Source: Acidimicrobiales bacterium
GTDB taxonomy: Bacteria; Actinomycetota; Acidimicrobiia; Acidimicrobiales; JAUJNH01
DNA length: 64,000 bases
Assembly (NCBI GenBank): GCA_038232515.1
Contig: JBBSHS010000001.1
Location: 36,407-100,406, forward strand
Direction of reading: 5' to 3'
Positions 8,613-19,871 of this stretch are shown piece by piece. Within the stretch, counting starts at the first letter, position 1. Each line of letters opens with the position of its first letter. The translations under genes and the position numbers were made by a program. The notes beneath the pieces are model-generated. The model worked only from the letters and a program-made list of their open reading frames with translations, was not told where the DNA came from and ran no database searches.

Positions 8613-10172
8613 ATGTCCGAGCACCCCATGAGCGAGCGGCTCGCGGACCTGAGGCGGCGCAAGGACGAGGCTCTTCACGCCGGCACGCCCCACGCCGTGG
8701 AGCGTCAGCACGCCAAGGGAAAGCTGACGGCCCGGGAACGAATCGACCTCCTCTTGGACGACGGCACCTTTCAGGAACTGGACATGCTGGCCCGCCATCG
8801 GGCGTCGGGCATGGGCCTGGAGGAGACCCGGCCCTACACCGACGGCGTGGTGTGCGGCTTCGGGGAGATCGCCGGCCGCAAGGTCTGCATCTTCAGCCAT
8901 GACTTCACCGTTTTCGGTGGCGCCCTGGGCGAGGTGTTCGCCGAGAAGATCCACAAGGTGATGGACCTGGCCACGTCGGTGGGCGTGCCCATGATCGGCA
9001 TCAACGACGGCGCCGGCGCCCGCATACAAGAGGGCGTCGTCAGCCTCCACGCCTACGGCGGCATCTTCCGCCGAAACGTGCAGGCGTCAGGAGTCATCCC
9101 CCAGATCAGCGTCATCCTCGGGCCCTGCGCCGGGGGAGCGGTCTACAGCCCGGCCATGACCGACTTCATCTTCATGGTGCGTGAGATCAGCCACATGTTC
9201 ATCACCGGGCCGGACGTGGTCAAGACGGTGACAGGCGAGGAGGTCACCCTCGAGCAGCTGGGTGGGGCCATGAGCCACGCCACCAAGTCGGGCGTGGCCA
9301 CCTTTGTGGCCGGCGACGAGAAGGAGTGCCTGGAGAGCGTCCGTTACCTGCTCTCGTTCCTGCCCTCCAACAACTTGGAGCAGCCGCCCCGCATCGTCAC
9401 CGAGGACGACGCCGAGCGTCGCTGCCCGGAGCTGGCCGAGCTCATGCCGGCCTCGCCCACCCTGCCCTACGACATGGGCAGGGTCCTCAAGGCGGTGGTG
9501 GACGACGGCGACGTCTTCGAGTACTTCCCGCACTGGGCCATGAACCTCATCTGTGGGTTCGCCCGGTTCGACGGCCACGCAGTGGGCATCGTGGCCAACC
9601 AGCCCCAGGTCCTGGCGGGCGTGCTCAACATCGACGCCAGCGAGAAGGGTGCCCGTTTCGTGCGCACCTGTGACGCCTTCAACCTGCCCCTGGTCACCTT
9701 CGTCGACGTCCCCGGGTTCATGCCCGGCACCGACCAGGAGTACGGCGGCATAATCCGCCACGGGGCCAAGCTGCTCTACTCGTTCTGCGAGTCGACCGTG
9801 CCCCGCATCCAGGTCATCACCCGCAAGGCCTACGGCGGCGCCTACGTGGTCATGGACTCCAAGTCCATCGGCTCGGACCTCGCCTTCGCCTGGCCGTCGG
9901 CCGAGCTCGCCGTCATGGGCCCGCAGGGCGCGGTCGACGTCGTCTACTCACGAGAGCTGGCCACGGCCAACGACCCCGTGGGCCGCCGGGCCGAGCTGGT
10001 CGAGGAGTACACCGAGCGCTACGCCAACCCGTACGTGGCGGCCGAGCGGGGGTACGTCGACGACGTCATCGACCCGGCCGACACGCGGGCGGTGCTCATC
10101 AAGAGCCTGGCCATCCTCCGCTCCAAGCGGGAAGACCTGCCCAATCGCAAGCACGGCAACATGCCGCTGTGA
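8613..10172 (+). CDS. pccB: acyl-CoA (propionyl-CoA) carboxylase carboxyltransferase beta subunit
   Basis: AccD5/PccB-type sequence throughout (HAKGKLTARERIDLLLD, GINDGAGARIQEG, FVDVPGFMPG, RKAYGGAYVVM). Start taken at ATG 8613 (MSEHPMSERL). Confidence 0.9.
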   Translation: MSEHPMSERLADLRRRKDEALHAGTPHAVERQHAKGKLTARERIDLLLDDGTFQELDMLARHRASGMGLEETRPYTDGVVCGFGEIAGRKVCIFSHDFTVFGGALGEVFAEKIHKVMDLATSVGVPMIGINDGAGARIQEGVVSLHAYGGIFRRNVQASGVIPQISVILGPCAGGAVYSPAMTDFIFMVREISHMFITGPDVVKTVTGEEVTLEQLGGAMSHATKSGVATFVAGDEKECLESVRYLLSFLPSNNLEQPPRIVTEDDAERRCPELAELMPASPTLPYDMGRVLKAVVDDGDVFEYFPHWAMNLICGFARFDGHAVGIVANQPQVLAGVLNIDASEKGARFVRTCDAFNLPLVTFVDVPGFMPGTDQEYGGIIRHGAKLLYSFCESTVPRIQVITRKAYGGAYVVMDSKSIGSDLAFAWPSAELAVMGPQGAVDVVYSRELATANDPVGRRAELVEEYTERYANPYVAAERGYVDDVIDPADTRAVLIKSLAILRSKREDLPNRKHGNMPL

Positions 10173-10420
10173 CACGACCGCCGTCGGGGCCGTCGGGGCC
10201 GACCGCCGATGTGACCGGAACGCCGTCGGGGGCAACGGCCGAGGTGGCTGGTTGCGAGCGGCCCTCTGCGGCCGAGGTGGCGGCCATCGTCGCCGCCGTC
10301 GAGCTTTTGTGGCCACGCCCCGTCGTGTACCAGCCACCGGTGACCGAGGGGTCGGGGTGGCGGTTCTCCGGACGGTGGTGGGCCAGGCCGGTGCCGGCCC
10401 GCCGGCACCGGCCCTGGTGA
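10169..10420 (+). CDS. accE: acyl-CoA carboxylase epsilon subunit
   Basis: Small ORF overlapping the beta-subunit stop (GTGA), with the C-terminal WRFSGRWW motif typical of the actinobacterial epsilon subunit. Confidence 0.6.
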   Translation: MTRPPSGPSGPTADVTGTPSGATAEVAGCERPSAAEVAAIVAAVELLWPRPVVYQPPVTEGSGWRFSGRWWARPVPARRHRPW

Positions 10421-10425
10421 CCGCT

Positions 10426-10575
10426 CTACTTCTTGTGGGCGACGCTGCTGGGCGGGTCGGTCCGCCCGTCGCCTGCCGCCTTGCCCCGGCACCCGACAAC
10501 GCCCAGCGAACAGGTGGCCACCAGGGCGACGGCCACCAGCCGGTGCACGACGCGGTGAGCAGGAGCGCAGGGCAT
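10426..10575 (-). CDS. small putative lipoprotein (49 aa)
   Basis: MPCAPAHRVVHRLVAVALVATCSLGVVGC: signal peptide with lipobox VVGC. Good GC3 but no clear SD. Confidence 0.35.
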   Translation of the reverse strand: MPCAPAHRVVHRLVAVALVATCSLGVVGCRGKAAGDGRTDPPSSVAHKK

Positions 10576-10791
10576 GGCCGAGAACCTAGCGGCAGGCGTG
10601 GCCGGTGCTCCACGTGGTGAATCCTGATGTTTGCCCACAGGTCACCCTGGGGAAAGGCCGCTGGACGCCCCCACTCAGTATCGCTTGGTGTGAATACTTT
10701 GGCGAGCACCCTGCCATCTGCGGTGACGCACGGCTCGGGCCCATTCGGCGGAGGAGTTATCCCACGCCTGTGGACAACCTTGGGGATTGTC

Positions 10792-11430
10792 ATGGTTGAC
10801 CATCCCCTGTTCGCAGCCGTCTACGACCGGCTCACCGAGCCGCTCGAGCGGGCCGCCCTGGCCGAGCGCCGCCGCCGGCTTCTGGGCACGGCGAGGGGCA
10901 AGGTGCTGGAGATCGGCGGCGGCACCGGCCGTTCCCTGGCCCACTACCGGTCCACCCAGGTCGAGCGGGTCGACGTCATCGAGCCCGACGGGGCCATGCG
11001 GCGGCGGCTCGTGTCCCGGGCCGCCGCCGCCCCGGTGAGCGTGCGGGCCTACCCGGGCGGCGTCGACGACCCTTTCCCCGAACCGCCCTACGACACCGAG
11101 GTCTGCTGCGGCGTACTGTGCACCGTGCCCGACCTCGACCGAGCCGTGGCCCGCCTCTTGAGCGGGTTGGCGCCCGGCGGCCGACTGCTGTTCCTCGAGC
11201 ACGTGCGCAGCCCTGGCTGGCGCGGCCGGGCCCAGCACGCCGCCACCCCGTTGTGGTCACGGGTCGTGCCCGGCTGCCACCTCGACCGCGACGTGCTCGG
11301 CGCCCTGTGGGCCGGGGGCTTCGTGGTCACCGACGGTGACCGGTTCCGCATTCCGCTGTCCGGCGGTGCCCTTTTCGACATGGTGGAGGGCACGGCCATC
11401 CGACGCATCCGACCGGAGGCAACGCCATGA
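10792..11430 (+). CDS. class I SAM-dependent methyltransferase
   Basis: Motif I VLEIGGGTG, post-I and motif II (PGGRLLFLEH). Start at ATG 10792 (MVDHPLFAAVYD). Confidence 0.8.
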   Translation: MVDHPLFAAVYDRLTEPLERAALAERRRRLLGTARGKVLEIGGGTGRSLAHYRSTQVERVDVIEPDGAMRRRLVSRAAAAPVSVRAYPGGVDDPFPEPPYDTEVCCGVLCTVPDLDRAVARLLSGLAPGGRLLFLEHVRSPGWRGRAQHAATPLWSRVVPGCHLDRDVLGALWAGGFVVTDGDRFRIPLSGGALFDMVEGTAIRRIRPEATP

Positions 11431-12104
11431 CGACGACCGAGGGCACCCTGGCACTGGTGGGCGGGGGTGAGTGGCGAGACGGCTGCCGTGCCTTGGACGC
11501 CGAGCTGCTCGAAGCCAGCGGTGGCACCGAGGTGTCGGTCCTGCCCACGGCGGCGGCCTACGAGCATCCGGGCAGGGCGGTCGACTGGGCCGCCGCCTAC
11601 TTCGACAGCCTCGGTGCCACCGTGCGCCCGGTCATGGTCCTCGGTCGCGTCGACGCCGGGGCCGACGAGAACGCCCGGGCCATCCGGTCATCCCGGTTCG
11701 TGTACCTGGGCGGCGGCTCCCCGCTCCACCTGCGCTCGGTGCTGAAGGGCTCGCCGGTGTGGGAGGCGCTGGTCGAGGCGTGGCGGGACGGTGCGGTGGT
11801 GGCCGGGTCGTCGGCCGGCGCCATGGTGCTGGGCGACCCGATGGTCGACCCGCGCGGCGGGGCGTTCACCCTCGGCCTGGGACTGGTCGAGAACATGGCC
11901 GTCCTGCCCCACCACGACGCCGGTTCCGCCGAGCGCGTCCACCGCACCCTGGCCCTGGCCTCCAAGGGAGTGGCCGTGGTCGGGTTACCCGAGCAGACGG
12001 GCGTGGTGCTGAGCCCGGGTTCCCCGTGGCGGGCCGTGGGCGACGGCCAGGTCACCGTCTGGGTGGACGGCCAGGAACGCGATCTCAGCGTCCTGCCCTC
12101 GTAG
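11427..12104 (+). CDS. peptidase S51 / cyanophycinase-like (type 1 glutamine amidotransferase-like) protein
   Basis: LALVGGGEW, FVYLGGGSP, AGSSAGAMVLG nucleophile-elbow-like motif. ATGA overlap with the upstream methyltransferase. Confidence 0.7.
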   Translation: MTTTEGTLALVGGGEWRDGCRALDAELLEASGGTEVSVLPTAAAYEHPGRAVDWAAAYFDSLGATVRPVMVLGRVDAGADENARAIRSSRFVYLGGGSPLHLRSVLKGSPVWEALVEAWRDGAVVAGSSAGAMVLGDPMVDPRGGAFTLGLGLVENMAVLPHHDAGSAERVHRTLALASKGVAVVGLPEQTGVVLSPGSPWRAVGDGQVTVWVDGQERDLSVLPS

Positions 12105-12152
12105 AGCACAAGAGGAGGGGCCCGCCGGGGAGGGGCTACGCCCCGCCCCGCG

Positions 12153-12707
12153 CTACTGCTCCGAGACGGTCACGGACTGGATGACCACGTCCTTCACCGG
12201 GCGGTCGCCGCCGGCGGTCTGGACGGCCTGCATCTGGTCGACGACGTCGAGGCCCTTGACGACCTTGCCGAACAGTGAGTACTTGGGGGGCAGGGCCATG
12301 CCCGCCTTTCCGCTGACGATGAAGAACTGGCTGCCGTTGGTGTCGGGGCCGGCGTTGGCCATGGCCACCGATCCTTTCTCGTACCGGCCCGCCTTGGGCA
12401 GCTCGTCGGCGAAGCGGTAGCCGGGGCCGCCCGATCCCGTGCCGGTGGGGTCTCCGCCCTGGCACATGAAGTCGCGGATGATGCGGTGGAAGATGAGCCC
12501 GTCGAAGTAGTGCCACCGCGCCAGGAACACGAAGTTGTTGGTGGTGAGCGGCGCGCCGGCGGCGTCCAGGGCGATCGTCATGGAGCCCAGGTTCGTGGTG
12601 AGCTCGGCGCTGTACCGCTTGGCCGCGTCGATGGTCATGGGCGGGATGCCGTCGAAGTGGGTCTTGCGAGGGCTCGACCCGTCCGGTTCGGGGGCTTCGG
12701 TGGACAT
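12153..12707 (-). CDS. ppiB: peptidylprolyl isomerase, cyclophilin type (cytosolic)
   Basis: TNNFVFLARWHYFDG..FHRII.DFMCQGGDPTGTG.GGPGY.F.DE, SVAMANAGPDTNGSQFFI. Confidence 0.9.
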   Translation of the reverse strand: MSTEAPEPDGSSPRKTHFDGIPPMTIDAAKRYSAELTTNLGSMTIALDAAGAPLTTNNFVFLARWHYFDGLIFHRIIRDFMCQGGDPTGTGSGGPGYRFADELPKAGRYEKGSVAMANAGPDTNGSQFFIVSGKAGMALPPKYSLFGKVVKGLDVVDQMQAVQTAGGDRPVKDVVIQSVTVSEQ

Positions 12708-12779
12708 GAAGGTTCCTCTCGTGGTGGCGTGGCTCGTGGGTCGCGTTCGCCGCGGCCGGTTCAGGTGGCGGCGATCGGT

Positions 12780-13625
12780 TCAGCCGGCGGCAATGGTCAC
12801 GGTCTTCACGGTGACCACCGGATCGGGGCGACCGCCGAGACAGCCCTGGTCAGACTGGTCCGCCGGGCACGCCGCGCTGGTGGCTTCGACCTTCTGCAGG
12901 ATGTCCAGGCCGGCGGTCGTGTGGCCGAAGGTCACGTATGTCCCCTGGCTGTCGAGCTGGGAGGCCTTGGGCCCGGTGACGAAGAAGTACTGGGCCGAGG
13001 CGCTGTCGGCGTTCTGGCCGCGGGCCATGGTGAGGTCACCTGGGCTGTACGAGAACTTCCCACCCTCGTCCTTGATGTTGTAGCCCGGGCCAGGGTCGGT
13101 TATGTCCTGGGTCTGCGGCGACCCGCCCTGGATGATGTCGAGGGTGTCATCCACCCGGTCGAAGGACGTGCCGTCGTAGTAGTGGTAGAGGGACAGGACC
13201 ACGAAGTTGTTGGTGGTCATCGGCGTGCGCTTGGTGTCCAGGGCGACCTTGACCACGCCGGCCGATGTGTCGAAGGTGGCCGTGTAGGTCTTCTTGGGAT
13301 CGATGCACATGGGTGGCGCCTTGGCGAAGCCGGTGGTGCGGGGCGACGACCCGTCGGCCTTCGGGCACGGGGTGTCGCCGGTCAGCGTGGCCCCCTTGGC
13401 CGCCGGGTCCGCCTTGGGTGGGCTGGGCTGGGTCACCGACGTGGTCGAGTCGCCCGGCCCCGTCGTGCTCGTCTGGTTGGCCGAGACCTTCTTGGAGCTG
13501 TTGTGGTGCAGGGCGAGGTAGCCGCCGACGAGGGCGGCGACCACGACCACGGCCACCCCGGCGTACAGTCCCTGGCTCTTGCGCTGCTCGCGCTTGCGCG
13601 CCTTGGCCAGCGCGGCGCGGCGCAT
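12780..13625 (-). CDS. membrane-anchored cyclophilin-type peptidylprolyl isomerase
   Basis: Basic N-terminus plus a TM helix (GVAVVVVAALVGGYLAL), an S/T/P linker, then a cyclophilin domain (TNNFVVLSLYHYYDG, GDLTMARGQNADSASAQYFFV). Start at ATG 13625; an upstream alternative exists. Confidence 0.8.
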   Translation of the reverse strand: MRRAALAKARKREQRKSQGLYAGVAVVVVAALVGGYLALHHNSSKKVSANQTSTTGPGDSTTSVTQPSPPKADPAAKGATLTGDTPCPKADGSSPRTTGFAKAPPMCIDPKKTYTATFDTSAGVVKVALDTKRTPMTTNNFVVLSLYHYYDGTSFDRVDDTLDIIQGGSPQTQDITDPGPGYNIKDEGGKFSYSPGDLTMARGQNADSASAQYFFVTGPKASQLDSQGTYVTFGHTTAGLDILQKVEATSAACPADQSDQGCLGGRPDPVVTVKTVTIAAG

Positions 13626-13750
13626 GGCCTGCCCCTGGCGTTTGCGCGATCGCTTTTCGCTCGGCACGGGCCGACACCATAGGTGCTCGGTGCGAACGGG
13701 AGGGCCGGACGGCACGGCGTCCGCGGCCTGAAGATCTACCCTCGTCGGCC

Positions 13751-14968
13751 GTGGCCCTGGTCGTCCAGAAGTTCGGGGGCACCTCGGTGGCCGACGCCGA
13801 CCGCATCCGGGCCGTGGCCGACCACATCGGTCGCACCCGTCGGCGGGGCCACGAGGTCGTCGCCGTGGTGAGCGCCATGGGCAAGACCACCGACGAGCTC
13901 GAACGCCTGTCGCTGGAGGTCTCCGCCACCCGGCCCGGACGCGAGCTCGACATGCTGCTCAGCTCGGGAGAGCGGATCACCATGGCGCTGTTGTGCATGG
14001 CCCTCGCCGACCTCGGGGTGCCCTCGTCCAGCTTCACCGGCAGCCAGGCCGGCATCATCACCGACACCAGCCACACCCGGGCCAAGATCGTGGAGATCAG
14101 GGGCGACCGGATCCGGTCCGCCCTGGCCGATGGACAGGTGCCGGTGGTGGCCGGGTTCCAAGGGGTGAGCGTGGCCAAGGACGTCACCACTCTGGGCCGG
14201 GGCGGTTCCGACACCACGGCGGTGGCGCTGGCCGCCGTGCTCGACGCGTCCGTGTGCCAGATCTACACCGACGTCACCGGCGTGTTCAGCGCCGACCCCC
14301 GCATCGTGCCGTCGGCCTACCGCATCGCCCGGCTCTCGTGGGAGGAGCTGCTGGAGATGTGTGCCGCCGGCTGCCCCAAGCCCGAGGTCCGGGCGGCCGA
14401 GTTCGCCCGCACCCACCAGGTGCCCCTCGAGGTGCGGTCATCCTTCACCTGGCAGCCCGGCAGCACCGTCCGTGAGGAGGACCACTCCATGGAGCAGGCC
14501 ATCGTCAGCTCTGTCGTCCACGAGCCGGGGGAGGCCAAGGTCACCGTGACCGGGGTGCCCGACCGTGTCGGCGTGGCCGGCCAGCTGTTCACCGCGCTCG
14601 CCGAACACCATGTGAACGTCGACATGATCGTGCAGAGCATCTCGGTGCACGGCGTCACCGACATCAGCTTCACGGTGCCGTCGAGGGAGCTGGAGGCCAG
14701 CCTGGTCGTGGGGCGTTCTCTGCAGGCCGAGGTCGGCGCCACCGACGTCATCGGCGATGCGGCGGTGGCCAAGGTGAGCATCATCGGCGCCGGCATGAAG
14801 ACCAACCCGGGCGTGGCCGCTACCGTCTTCCGTGCCCTGGCCGCCGGGGGCGTGAACATCGAGATGATCTCCACCTCGCCCATCCGCATCTCCTGCGTGC
14901 TTCGCGAGGCCGACTGCGAGCGGGCCGTGCAGCTCCTCCACACCGCCTTCGAGCTGGACGCCGACTAG
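13751..14968 (+). CDS. ask: aspartate kinase
   Basis: VVQKFGGTSVADADRI, VVVSAMGKTTDEL, and C-terminal ACT domains. GTG start at 13751; the upstream part of the 13265 ORF is antisense to the cyclophilin gene. Confidence 0.9.
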   Translation: MALVVQKFGGTSVADADRIRAVADHIGRTRRRGHEVVAVVSAMGKTTDELERLSLEVSATRPGRELDMLLSSGERITMALLCMALADLGVPSSSFTGSQAGIITDTSHTRAKIVEIRGDRIRSALADGQVPVVAGFQGVSVAKDVTTLGRGGSDTTAVALAAVLDASVCQIYTDVTGVFSADPRIVPSAYRIARLSWEELLEMCAAGCPKPEVRAAEFARTHQVPLEVRSSFTWQPGSTVREEDHSMEQAIVSSVVHEPGEAKVTVTGVPDRVGVAGQLFTALAEHHVNVDMIVQSISVHGVTDISFTVPSRELEASLVVGRSLQAEVGATDVIGDAAVAKVSIIGAGMKTNPGVAATVFRALAAGGVNIEMISTSPIRISCVLREADCERAVQLLHTAFELDAD

Positions 14969-14972
14969 AGCC

Positions 14973-15029
14973 GGGCCCATATGGGGGTGGACAAGCCCTG
15001 TGGAGCTCTGATCACCCCCGTCTGGGGCC
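14973..15029. repeat. 57-bp hairpin repeat, family 3, copy 2
   Basis: GGGCCCATATGGGGGTG...CTGATCACCCCCGTCTGGGGCC between the convergent ask and cysC ends, overlapping the last codons of cysC. Confidence 0.6.
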
Positions 15030-15632
15030 ACCCGAACCGGGCGGGAGGTGGAGCAGCTCCAGCACAGAGGCGGCGGCCCCGGCGACGTCGGCCCCGGGCT
15101 CCAGGCGTAGGTCTGGGGCGGCCGGGGGCTCGTAGGGGTCGTCGATGCCGGTGAAACCGGACAGCTGGCCCGAGCGGGCCTTGGCGTAGAGACCTTTGGG
15201 GTCGCGGCGCTCGCACTCCGCCAACGGCGTGTCCACGAACACCTCGACGAAGGGCAGGGCCGCCGTCTCGTGGGCGGCCCGGACGCGGGCGCGGCCGTCG
15301 GCGTAGGGGGAGATGACCGGGGCCAGGGCCACGATGCCGGCATCGGCGAACAGACGCGCCACCTCACCGACGCGGCGCACGTTCTCCTCCCGGCCGGCCC
15401 GGTCGAAGCCCAGGTCCCCGTTCAACCCGTGGCGCAGGTTGTCGCCGTCCAGCAGGTAGCAGGGCCGGCCTTGGGCCAGCAGCAGGCGCTCTACTTCGAC
15501 GGCCACGGTCGACTTGCCCGACGCCGACAGGCCCGTGAACCACACGGTGGCGCCGCCGGGGGAGCCGATGGCGGCCAGCCGGGTGGCCCGCCCGGCGCCC
15601 GTGTGCCACACCACGCCGGTATTCGTCGTCAT
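15012..15632 (-). CDS. cysC: adenylyl-sulfate kinase
   Basis: WFTGLSASGKST, LDGDNLRHGLN.DLGF....R.ENVRR. ATG 15632 overlaps the cysN stop (ATGA). Confidence 0.9.
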   Translation of the reverse strand: MTTNTGVVWHTGAGRATRLAAIGSPGGATVWFTGLSASGKSTVAVEVERLLLAQGRPCYLLDGDNLRHGLNGDLGFDRAGREENVRRVGEVARLFADAGIVALAPVISPYADGRARVRAAHETAALPFVEVFVDTPLAECERRDPKGLYAKARSGQLSGFTGIDDPYEPPAAPDLRLEPGADVAGAAASVLELLHLPPGSGGPRRG

Positions 15633-16879
15633 CACAGGATCATGCCTGCGGCCAGGGTGGCGGCGCTGGACTCGTCGATCAGGATGAAGCTGCCGGTGAC
15701 CCGGTTGCGTTGGTAGGCGTCGTGGAACAGCGGCACCGTCGTGCGCAGGCTCACCCGGCCGATCTCGTTCAGGTCCAGGCGCGCGGCGGTCTCGTCGCGG
15801 TGGAGGGTGTTGACGTCGAGTCGGTACTGCAGGTCCTTGACCAGCGCCCGGGCCGTTCGGGTGGTGTGCTTGATGACGACTTTGGTCCCCTCGGTGAGCG
15901 ACCGGTGGTCGGTCATCCAGCACACCATGGCGTCGATGTCCTGGCCCACCTTGGGCTGGTTGTGGAGCCGGCAGATCATGTCGCCCCGGCTCACGTCCAG
16001 GTCGTCGGCCAGGCGGACGGCCACCGACATGGGGGCGAAGGCCTCGGCCACCGGCCCGTCCAAGGCGTCGATGGACTCGATTTTGGACGTCAGGCCCGAC
16101 GGCAGCACCATCACCTCGTCGCCCGGCTTGAGTACGCCGCCCGCCACCTGGCCGGCGTAGGAGCGGTAGTCGGGCCATTCGGCCGACTGCGGCCGGATGA
16201 CGTACTGCACGGGCAGGCGGACGTCTATGAGGTTGCGGTCCGAGGCGATGAACACGTCCTCGAGATGGTGCAACAGCGAGGTTCCGTCGTACCACGTCAT
16301 GTTGGCCGACCGCTCGACGACGTTGTCGCCCTGGAGGGCCGAGACCGGGATGAAGGTCAGGTCGTGTACGTCCAGCTTGGTGGCGAACTGCCGGAACTCG
16401 TCCTTCAGCTCCTCGAACCGGCCCTGGTCCCAGCCCACCAGGTCCATCTTGTTGACACATAGGACGAGGTGGGGGACCCGCAGCAGGGCGGCAAGGAAAG
16501 CATGCCGGCGGGACTGCTCGACGATGCCGTTGCGGGCGTCGACGAGGATGAGGGCCAGGTTGGCGGTCGACGCCCCTGTCACCATGTTGCGGGTGTACTG
16601 GATGTGCCCAGGGGTGTCGGCGATGATGAACTTGCGCCTGGGGGTTGAGAAATAGCGGTAGGCGACGTCGATGGTGATGCCCTGCTCGCGTTCTGCCCTC
16701 AACCCGTCGGTCAACAGCGCCAGGTTGGTGGTGTCGTCGCCCCGGCGCTGCGAATAGCGCTCGATGGCCTCGAGCTGGTCCTCGAAGATGCCCTTGGCGT
16801 CGTACAGCAGCCGCCCGATGAGCGTCGACTTGCCGTCGTCGACCGAGCCGGCGGTGGCCAGCCGCAGCAGCTCCGTCAT
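15632..16879 (-). CDS. cysN: sulfate adenylyltransferase subunit 1 (GTPase)
   Basis: LRLATAGSVDDGKSTLIGRLL, DTPGH, NKMDL. Start at ATG 16879 (MTELLRL). Confidence 0.9.
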   Translation of the reverse strand: MTELLRLATAGSVDDGKSTLIGRLLYDAKGIFEDQLEAIERYSQRRGDDTTNLALLTDGLRAEREQGITIDVAYRYFSTPRRKFIIADTPGHIQYTRNMVTGASTANLALILVDARNGIVEQSRRHAFLAALLRVPHLVLCVNKMDLVGWDQGRFEELKDEFRQFATKLDVHDLTFIPVSALQGDNVVERSANMTWYDGTSLLHHLEDVFIASDRNLIDVRLPVQYVIRPQSAEWPDYRSYAGQVAGGVLKPGDEVMVLPSGLTSKIESIDALDGPVAEAFAPMSVAVRLADDLDVSRGDMICRLHNQPKVGQDIDAMVCWMTDHRSLTEGTKVVIKHTTRTARALVKDLQYRLDVNTLHRDETAARLDLNEIGRVSLRTTVPLFHDAYQRNRVTGSFILIDESSAATLAAGMIL

Positions 16880-16904
16880 GTCCGCGCCCTCGTGCCCGCG
16901 GGCA

Positions 16905-17813
16905 TCAGAAGTAACCCTCTTTCTTGCGGTCCTCCATGGCGGCTTCGGAGAACCTGTCGTCGGCCCGGGTGGCGCCCCGTTCGGTGATGCGGGTGGCGGC
17001 CACCTCGGCCACGATGTCCGATGCCGCCCGGGCCGCCGACTCCACCGCACCGGTGCAGGTCACGTCGCCCACCGTGCGATAGCGCACGGAGGCCTCGAAG
17101 GGTTCCTCGCCGGGCAGGGTTTGGACCGGTCCGCCGACGCCCAGGAGCATGCCGTCACGGCGGACCACCGTGCGACGGTGGGAGTAGTAGATCGACGGCA
17201 CCTCGATGCCTTCGGCCTCGATGTACTGCCAGATGTCCAGCTCGGTCCAGTTGCTGAGCGGGAACACCCGGAAATGCTCGCCTCGGGCCCGGCGCCCGTT
17301 GTACAGCGACCACAGCTCGGGTCGCTGCGCCTTGGGGTCCCACTGCCCGAACTCGTCGCGGACACTGAAGACCCGCTCTTTGGCCCTGGCCTTCTCCTCG
17401 TCCCGGCGGGCGCCCCCGAAGACGGCGTCGAAGCCGTGGGTCTCGATGCCATCGAGCAGCGTGGTGGTCTGCAGCCGGTTACGGCTGGCCCGGGGACCGG
17501 TCTCTTCGACCACCCGGCCGGTGTCGATCGAGGCCTGGACGCTGGCCACCACCAAGCGGACGCCCAGCTCTGCCACCAGGCGGTCGCGGAGCTCGATCAC
17601 CTCGTCGAAGTTCTCCCCGGTGTCGACGTGCATCAGCGGGAAGGGCAGGCGTGACGGCCAGAACGCCTTTTGGGCCAGCCGCAGCATGACGATCGAGTCC
17701 TTGCCGCCGGAGAAGAGCAGGCCGGGGCGTTCGAGCTCGGCCACCACTTCACGGAAGATGTGGACCGATTCCGCCTCCAGGGCGTCGAGGTGGGACAGCT
17801 GGTACGTGGCCAT
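16905..17813 (-). CDS. cysD: sulfate adenylyltransferase subunit 2
   Basis: LDALEAESVHIFREV, FSGGKDS PP-loop, RVFPLSNWTELDIWQYI. Start at ATG 17813. Confidence 0.9.
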   Translation of the reverse strand: MATYQLSHLDALEAESVHIFREVVAELERPGLLFSGGKDSIVMLRLAQKAFWPSRLPFPLMHVDTGENFDEVIELRDRLVAELGVRLVVASVQASIDTGRVVEETGPRASRNRLQTTTLLDGIETHGFDAVFGGARRDEEKARAKERVFSVRDEFGQWDPKAQRPELWSLYNGRRARGEHFRVFPLSNWTELDIWQYIEAEGIEVPSIYYSHRRTVVRRDGMLLGVGGPVQTLPGEEPFEASVRYRTVGDVTCTGAVESAARAASDIVAEVAATRITERGATRADDRFSEAAMEDRKKEGYF

Positions 17814-17875
17814 TACGGCCCACACGGTGCCGTACCCAAAGCTGACTCGGCAAGTCGGGATTGCCGGTCCGATAG

Positions 17876-19009
<1,134 letters not shown>

Positions 19010-19020
19010 CGGGAGGGCTC

Positions 19021-19809
19021 GTGGCCGTCGAGCGCCCGCGGTGGCCGGCCCGTCCCCCGGGAGCGCCAGCCTTCGAGCACATGGATGTGCCGGGGGCGGC
19101 ACGGCCGGACGTCTGGGCTCAGGCTCCGCCCGGCGGGCCGGCCTCCGGGGTGGTCCTGCCGGCCTGGGTGGTCACGTTGGCCAAGACCCTGACCGTGGGC
19201 TGCGTGGCCGCCGCCGTGCTCGCTCCTGTGGCTCTGCTCTTCAACCTGCACGAGGGCGGCTCGGCCTCGGGCCCGGCCGTCCCGTTCTCCACCACCACGT
19301 CGACCACCCCACCGCCGACCGGGCTTGTCCGGCCCCTCCGCCCCACTGTCACCCAGCCGGCGCCGACCACCACGACGGTGGTCCCGGGCACCTCGCTCGC
19401 CTCGCAGAAGGTGTGCACTCTGGTGCAGGACGCCGAGGCCCAGGCCGTCCTGGGTGCAGTCCCGGCGTCGCGCAACCCGGGCACCACCAGCGGTTTCGGG
19501 CCGCCCATGGACGCCTGTGTGATCTCCGTCGGCTCGGCCGGTGACCCGGCCGCCGCCCAGCTCGTCGTGGCCGTGGGGGACGACACCGACTTCCTACTGG
19601 CCGAGGCCAACGAGCCCACCGCCTCCGACCTGGGAGTGGGTGACGACTCCTACGTGGCCGTCCGCCCCCGCAGCTCGCCCCGCTCGGTGGCGCTGGGGCT
19701 GTTGCAGCAGGACCGGTCGGTGATCCTCGAGATCATCGGCTCCAAGGCGTCCGACGACGGAGTGGCCGCCGCCCGCCAGCTCCTGGTCGCCGTCCGCTCC
19801 CGTCTCTAA
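19021..19809 (+). CDS. hypothetical membrane-anchored/secreted protein
   Basis: GTG start preceded by GGGAGGG; one TM helix, a T/P-rich linker, and a Cys pair in the C-terminal domain. No family recognised. Confidence 0.55.
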   Translation: MAVERPRWPARPPGAPAFEHMDVPGAARPDVWAQAPPGGPASGVVLPAWVVTLAKTLTVGCVAAAVLAPVALLFNLHEGGSASGPAVPFSTTTSTTPPPTGLVRPLRPTVTQPAPTTTTVVPGTSLASQKVCTLVQDAEAQAVLGAVPASRNPGTTSGFGPPMDACVISVGSAGDPAAAQLVVAVGDDTDFLLAEANEPTASDLGVGDDSYVAVRPRSSPRSVALGLLQQDRSVILEIIGSKASDDGVAAARQLLVAVRSRL

Positions 19810-19871
19810 CCGGGCCGCCGGCATTTGATGTGCCGTGAGCTGCGTTACCGCCGGATCCTCCGGCCCGGCCC

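Noticed and set aside
10769-10777. DnaA-box-like TTGTCCACA (reverse strand), and a second TTGTCCAC at 14987-14994
   Set aside because: These are isolated single boxes, one inside a hairpin repeat. There is no cluster, AT-rich unwinding element or dnaA/dnaN nearby, so this is not an origin.
13265-13750. 162-codon N-terminal extension of the aspartate kinase ORF
   Set aside because: It is antisense to the membrane cyclophilin gene and compositionally off-frame. The canonical VVQKFGGTS start region begins at GTG 13751.
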